A stretch of DNA of 35,278 nucleotides from Octopus bimaculoides (lineage: Eukaryota): positions 115,518,293-115,553,570 of the forward strand of contig NC_068983.1 in assembly GCF_001194135.2 (NCBI RefSeq), written 5' to 3'. This document shows, in pieces, positions 31,180 through 35,278 of the stretch. The notes beneath the pieces are model-generated. The model did not search any database and had not been told where the DNA came from. It was given only the letters and a program-made list of their open reading frames with translations. The first letter of the stretch is position 1. The number at the start of each line of letters is the position of its first letter. Position numbers and translations under genes: made by a program.

Positions 31180-31400
31180 TATTTGACTTTAAGCTGCATC
31201 AAATAGTGGAGCCTTGGTATGGGAGTTCCAGGATTTTGAGGATTGTGGAAAAATCTCTTAGCCACTACTGTTCTCAGGTCTACTCTGACCAGGAGTAGTA
31301 GCACCTGTTAGGGTCCCAGTTATGAACTAACTAGTATGTGAACCACTGGGAGTGAAGGAGCCTTTGTTCTAATCAGGACTTCCCTCTAGGAGAATGTAAA
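31180..31400 (-). mobile_element. Possible primer-binding site and 5' LTR of the gypsy element
   Basis: Minus strand TGATGCAGCTTAAAGTCAA (about 31183-31201) resembles a degenerate TGG.GCAGC PBS upstream of gag. No second LTR is available to confirm it. Confidence 0.3.
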
Positions 31401-31776
31401 CTTGTGCAGTTGGTTTCTGGTTGTCTCAACATCAGTTGGGCCACTGATTTTATAGCAGATTGCACCAAAAAATGGGTTCAGTGCTGTGCAACACTTTATC
31501 CACTCAAAGCAAATTCACACAAACATTCTGGATTCTTACTGAGTTCAGAAAATGGTCTTGCTTGGTCACGAGTTGACTTCCATCACACATACACTCTCTC
31601 TCTCTCATATATATATGCATGCATATATTTACACACACATACTGTGTCGTAAGATTTTCAACAAGTAGAAAAGAGTGAAGATATAATAAAAACCACAGAA
31701 AGCCTTGTGAAATACAGCTACCCAGGGCTTCCTGACTGAAATATTAATTTATCATATATGTGTGTGTGTTTGTATG

Positions 31777-31825
<49 letters not shown>

Positions 31826-31827
<2 letters not shown>

Positions 31828-32045
31828 GCCGTTGCCAGTACCGCCTGACTGGCTTTCGTGCCGGTGGCACATAAAAGCACCCAATACACTCTCGGAGTGG
31901 TTGGCATTAGGAAGGGCATCCAGCTGTAGAAACTCTGCCAAATCAGATTGGAGCCTGGTGTAGCCATCTGATTCAGCAGTCCTCAGTCAAATCGGCCAAC
32001 CCATGCTAGCATGGAAAGCGGACGTTAAACGATGATGATGATGAT
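31826..32045 (+). mobile_element. SINE-like family 4 copy with (GAT)n tail
   Basis: Homologous to 22680-22898. Confidence 0.9.
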
Positions 32046-32062
32046 GTGTGTGGGCATTTTTT

Positions 32063-32440
32063 TATTCTTTTACTTGTTTCAGTCAATTGACTGCAGCTGT
32101 GCTAGAGCACCACCTTGAAGGGTTTTAGTCAAACAAACCAACCCTAGGACTTACTTTTCTTTAAGCCTTGTATTTATTGTATCGGTATCTTTTGTCAAAC
32201 TGCTAAATTACAGGAATGTAAACACTGATACTGGTTGTCAAGTGGTGTTGGTGGTGGTGGGGACAAACACAGACACAAGGACACACACACACATAGATAC
32301 ACACATATGATGGAATTCTTTCAGTTTCCATCTACCAAATCCATTCACAAGACTTTGGTTGGCCTGAGGCTATAGTAGAAGATATTTGCCTGAAACTATG
32401 TGGTTGGGAAGCAAGCTTTTTACCACGCAACCATGCCTGC
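32063..32440 (-). mobile_element. SINE family 1 copy, inverted
   Basis: TTTTACTTGTTTCAGTCA (tail, reverse complement), internal CA tract and the reverse-complemented head ACCACGCAACCATGCCTG. Confidence 0.85.
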
Positions 32441-32574
32441 AACACATGCATATGCACACACACACACACATTCTCATCATCATCATTCAGTGTCCTTCTT
32501 CCCTGGCAAGTTTGGTTTGGCAGAAACTGACAAGCTGGAGGACTGTGGGACTGCATTGAATTCCAGTATCTCTT

Positions 32575-32660
32575 TTTATGGGTTTCTTTGGGTGGATGTC
32601 CTTTCTAACTCCAACCAGTTTTTAGAATGTACTGGGTGTTTTCTTTTTCCATGACACTGG
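32575..32660 (-). mobile_element. Diverged fragment of SINE-like family 4
   Basis: GGTGGATGTCCTTTCTAACTCCAACCA resembles the reverse complement of TGGTTGGCGTTAGGAAGGGCATCC. Confidence 0.55.
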
Positions 32661-33180
32661 CGCAAATGAAGTTACCAAGTACCTTACAAGACAAAGGAAA
32701 AGCCCCCTTGGCTGAATGGAGGTTTTGGTTGAAAGAAATGTAGGTTTATGTCAGGTGTTGAGAAGCTGAAGTATGATAGGACAGGCACAAGCCTCTTGTT
32801 ATGGAAGAGATACGTGGCTTCCCCTCTTTATATAAAGAATAGTGGAAGTAGCAGGAAAGAAAACAACAAGGGTGTTGATGAGGGGTCAGAGCATATTCTC
32901 AAAATACAAGAAGGTGAATATGACAAACTATGGATGGAAGAATCAGTAATAATGGGTGAATAAGTTCAAAACTAGAAGTTTCTCACATGCCTCATGCTGG
33001 CTCTCCTGTTGACTCTTTGCTTGTTACTAATAACACTGTTTTCTTTATGTTATGAATGTGCAGGATGGGTGGGTGTATTAAGACAACTGCAGAAAGTAAT
33101 TCTTACAAAGCTCAGGGTCTTTTAAAAATCCATGTTAGTTTAAACCTCCATATTTGTGTATGTGTGTGTATGTATTAGAG

Positions 33181-33463
33181 CAGGGGTTTTCAAACTGCGG
33201 TCTGCAGACCACAGGGGGTCCACAAGGACAAGACAGGGGGTCCGTGGACAGCAAATACTTTTTATGGGCAATTTGATTTTATATATGTTTTTTAATCAAA
33301 ATCTTTTAATTGACAATAAACCTATTTGTTAAATACTGTTAAATAAATAAATGTAAGAATATATGTTATTTTAAGCAAATTTCATAAGCGTTTATAAGGG
33401 AGTCCCTAAGGTAAAGTCTGAAATATAAAGGGGTCCGCAAGTCAAAAAGTTTGAAAACCCCTG
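33181..33463. mobile_element. hAT MITE, 283 bp, perfect 16-bp TIRs and 8-bp TSD
   Basis: CAGGGGTTTTCAAACT (33181-33196) / AGTTTGAAAACCCCTG (33448-33463). TSD TATTAGAG (33173-33180) / GATTAGAG (33464-33471). Confidence 0.93.
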
Positions 33464-33498
33464 GATTAGAGAATATGTGGGGATGAGAGAAACATGTA

Positions 33499-34028
33499 TG
33501 GTAATGCCTCAATATATGAGTTAATTTGTTCCCGGAGACTGCTCGTAAAGCAGAACAATAATTTCCCATAGTAGCAATGTTATAAATCGTAATTTGTTCC
33601 CAGAAAAATATTTTACCTTTAAAACTTTATAATACTCGTAAATAAATGGCAATAGAACAACAGTAGAATGTAAAGAATATTTTATGTAAAGTAAAAAGAA
33701 TGTTAAGTTCATTTATAATAAAAAATATAATTGTTTTCTGAATCACTTCCACTTGCACTAGATTTGTGCACACCATCACTTGTAGACTTGATCACAAGCA
33801 CTCGTAGACAGACTTGTAGATTTCTTTTTAAAAAACAAGTCTAAAGTTGTTTGCTTAAAAGCTTTTTTCGCTATCAATTTCTCAGTAACATGTAGAAGCG
33901 TTTGTTATGGTAGTAGAAACTTTTGCACTTTGTTCAGAGTTTGGATTTTGTGCTTGAAAAAGTTATAGAATAAAACTTATAAACCCTGGGTCTTGTAAAG
34001 CGGGTCCTCATAAAGTGAGGTATTACTG
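33499..34028 (-). mobile_element. pogo/Tigger-like (Tc1/mariner) deletion derivative
   Basis: Imperfect 22-bp TIRs TGGTAATGCCTCAATATATGAG / reverse complement CAGTAATACCTCACTTTATGAG (17 of 22 match). TA on both flanks. Minus-strand KKAFKQTTLDLFFKK, a Tigger-type C-terminus. Confidence 0.75.
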
Positions 34029-34449
34029 TATAATAACAGAGATGGATGTCAGGGGTATGTAGGAGCAGTTATAGTGAGTGGGGTGGGGGACAAAGATGGG
34101 AGGGAAGCTGTCAACAGTAGAGATGACAAAGTGATGAGAATGACAGCAAATAAAGTAATGACAGTCCTAGATGTATCTCAGAGGGGACAGCTAAGTAACT
34201 GGAGGTATAAAAAGGGGTGATCAGAGGAAAATAAAATGAGAAGGAATGATATTAATAATGAAGGATGGCTTTTAAAAGGCAGTGGTTCCAAGGAGAGGAG
34301 AGGTAGCACAAAGAAGGTTAGAATATGTGCATATCGTGCTCTTATAATTATAGTAGCTGAATAGTGTCATAATAGTGTGGAGAGGTGGATGTTAGGAAAT
34401 TGAGGTTTGACAGGGCATATAGACATAAGGATAATGCTGTTAAGACCTC

Positions 34450-34690
34450 ATCTTCCTTGAGATGGACAGGTCTTCTTAACTGCAATGACTTGCCAATCAT
34501 CTCTATCTTTTGTCGTCTTTTCCACTCTTGTACATTGCTTATATGGCTCTCACAAGCCATTTTTTTCTACCCTTAGCTTCCTTTGGGACCACCAGAGTAC
34601 AGAGCAAGGGACCCTTGAAGGCTCTCCAAGTACAATGGCTTACTTTAAGCTAAAGACTTCTGCAGCTGTCTTAGTAGAGAGTATCAGTAG
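34450..34690 (-). mobile_element. RTE-like RT fragment fused to an RTE 3' end
   Basis: Minus strand RQLQ.KSLA*SKPLYL, RVPCSVLWWSQRKLRVE and WLVRAI*AMYKS (cf. RTE RQLQEK..KPLYLAFVDLEKAFDRVP..WLVRAV.AMY). Confidence 0.7.
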
Positions 34691-35225
34691 TATTTCTCCC
34701 TGGTATAAAACCCAACTGTATCTCATCTAACATAATTGTCTTCCTAATTAATTGGGCTGTAACTCTTTCTGTAATTCTCATAACGAGGTCCAGCAATTTG
34801 ATACCTCTGTAATTACTTCTATCTAAGGTATCTCCTTTACGTTTGTAACAGTTGACTGTATTGCTGCAAAGCCACGGATATTTTAAGTATTTCAGTGGTG
34901 ATTCCTGATGGACTAAGGGCTTTCTTTACCTTCATATCTTTAATTATTGAATCACACTACTATTGACTAGGATAACTGGTCACTCTGCTGAGTACATAGA
35001 GAAAATCCAGATATAACTTTTTATAATAGCATTTCTATGCTTCTTTTTAGAATCACTAAGTGCATGTGTACCATTATCCAATTGACCTTGCAGGGTTTAT
35101 AGAAAAAGTCACATGGCCCATTGCGTATGCAAAATTTTAGCTATCTATATAAAATGCACATAATCACACATTCGCACGCATATTTGTAAATATGTGTATA
35201 TGTAATGAGTATCTATAATGGTATG

Positions 35226-35278
35226 TGCATATATATATATATATATATATAGATATATATATATATATATATATATAT
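35226..35278. repeat. (AT)n microsatellite at window end
   Basis: Direct inspection. Confidence 0.95.

Noticed and set aside
1-35278. CRISPR array, rRNA, functional tRNA or prokaryotic defence-type system
   Set aside because: No regularly spaced repeat-spacer units, operons or intact cloverleafs. The sequence is metazoan and intron/TE dominated.

Overview
Repeat-saturated eukaryotic draft-scaffold window with many N gaps, long AT/GT/AAT/GAT microsatellites and SINE families I associate with octopus, so most likely an Octopus assembly (organism call is inference). It is not prokaryotic: no CRISPR, rRNA, operon or convincing true tRNA. Host-gene content is the first coding exon of ATG2 (+, 26289-26465; the rest of the window is probably its first intron) and one orphan, damaged GNL2/Nog2 exon (+, 3345-3488) with TAG at a conserved Trp codon. 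The remainder is a layered graveyard of decayed transposons: two hAT transposase families, a hAT MITE, a pogo/Tigger-like element, three Dong/R4-like REL-type LINE copies, CR1, Tx1/L1 and RTE fragments, a Penelope-like GIY-YIG element with a hammerhead-like motif, a Ty3/gypsy element, a Helitron helicase relic and at least four SINE families. I see no evidence for a new multi-gene system. The best leads are the amber-for-Trp GNL2 exon, a 35-bp templated inverted insertion inside a LINE, the Penelope hammerhead-like motif and an unassigned antisense ORF in the ATG2 intron. Protein assignments are from motif recognition by eye, not database searches, and many repeat boundaries are approximate.
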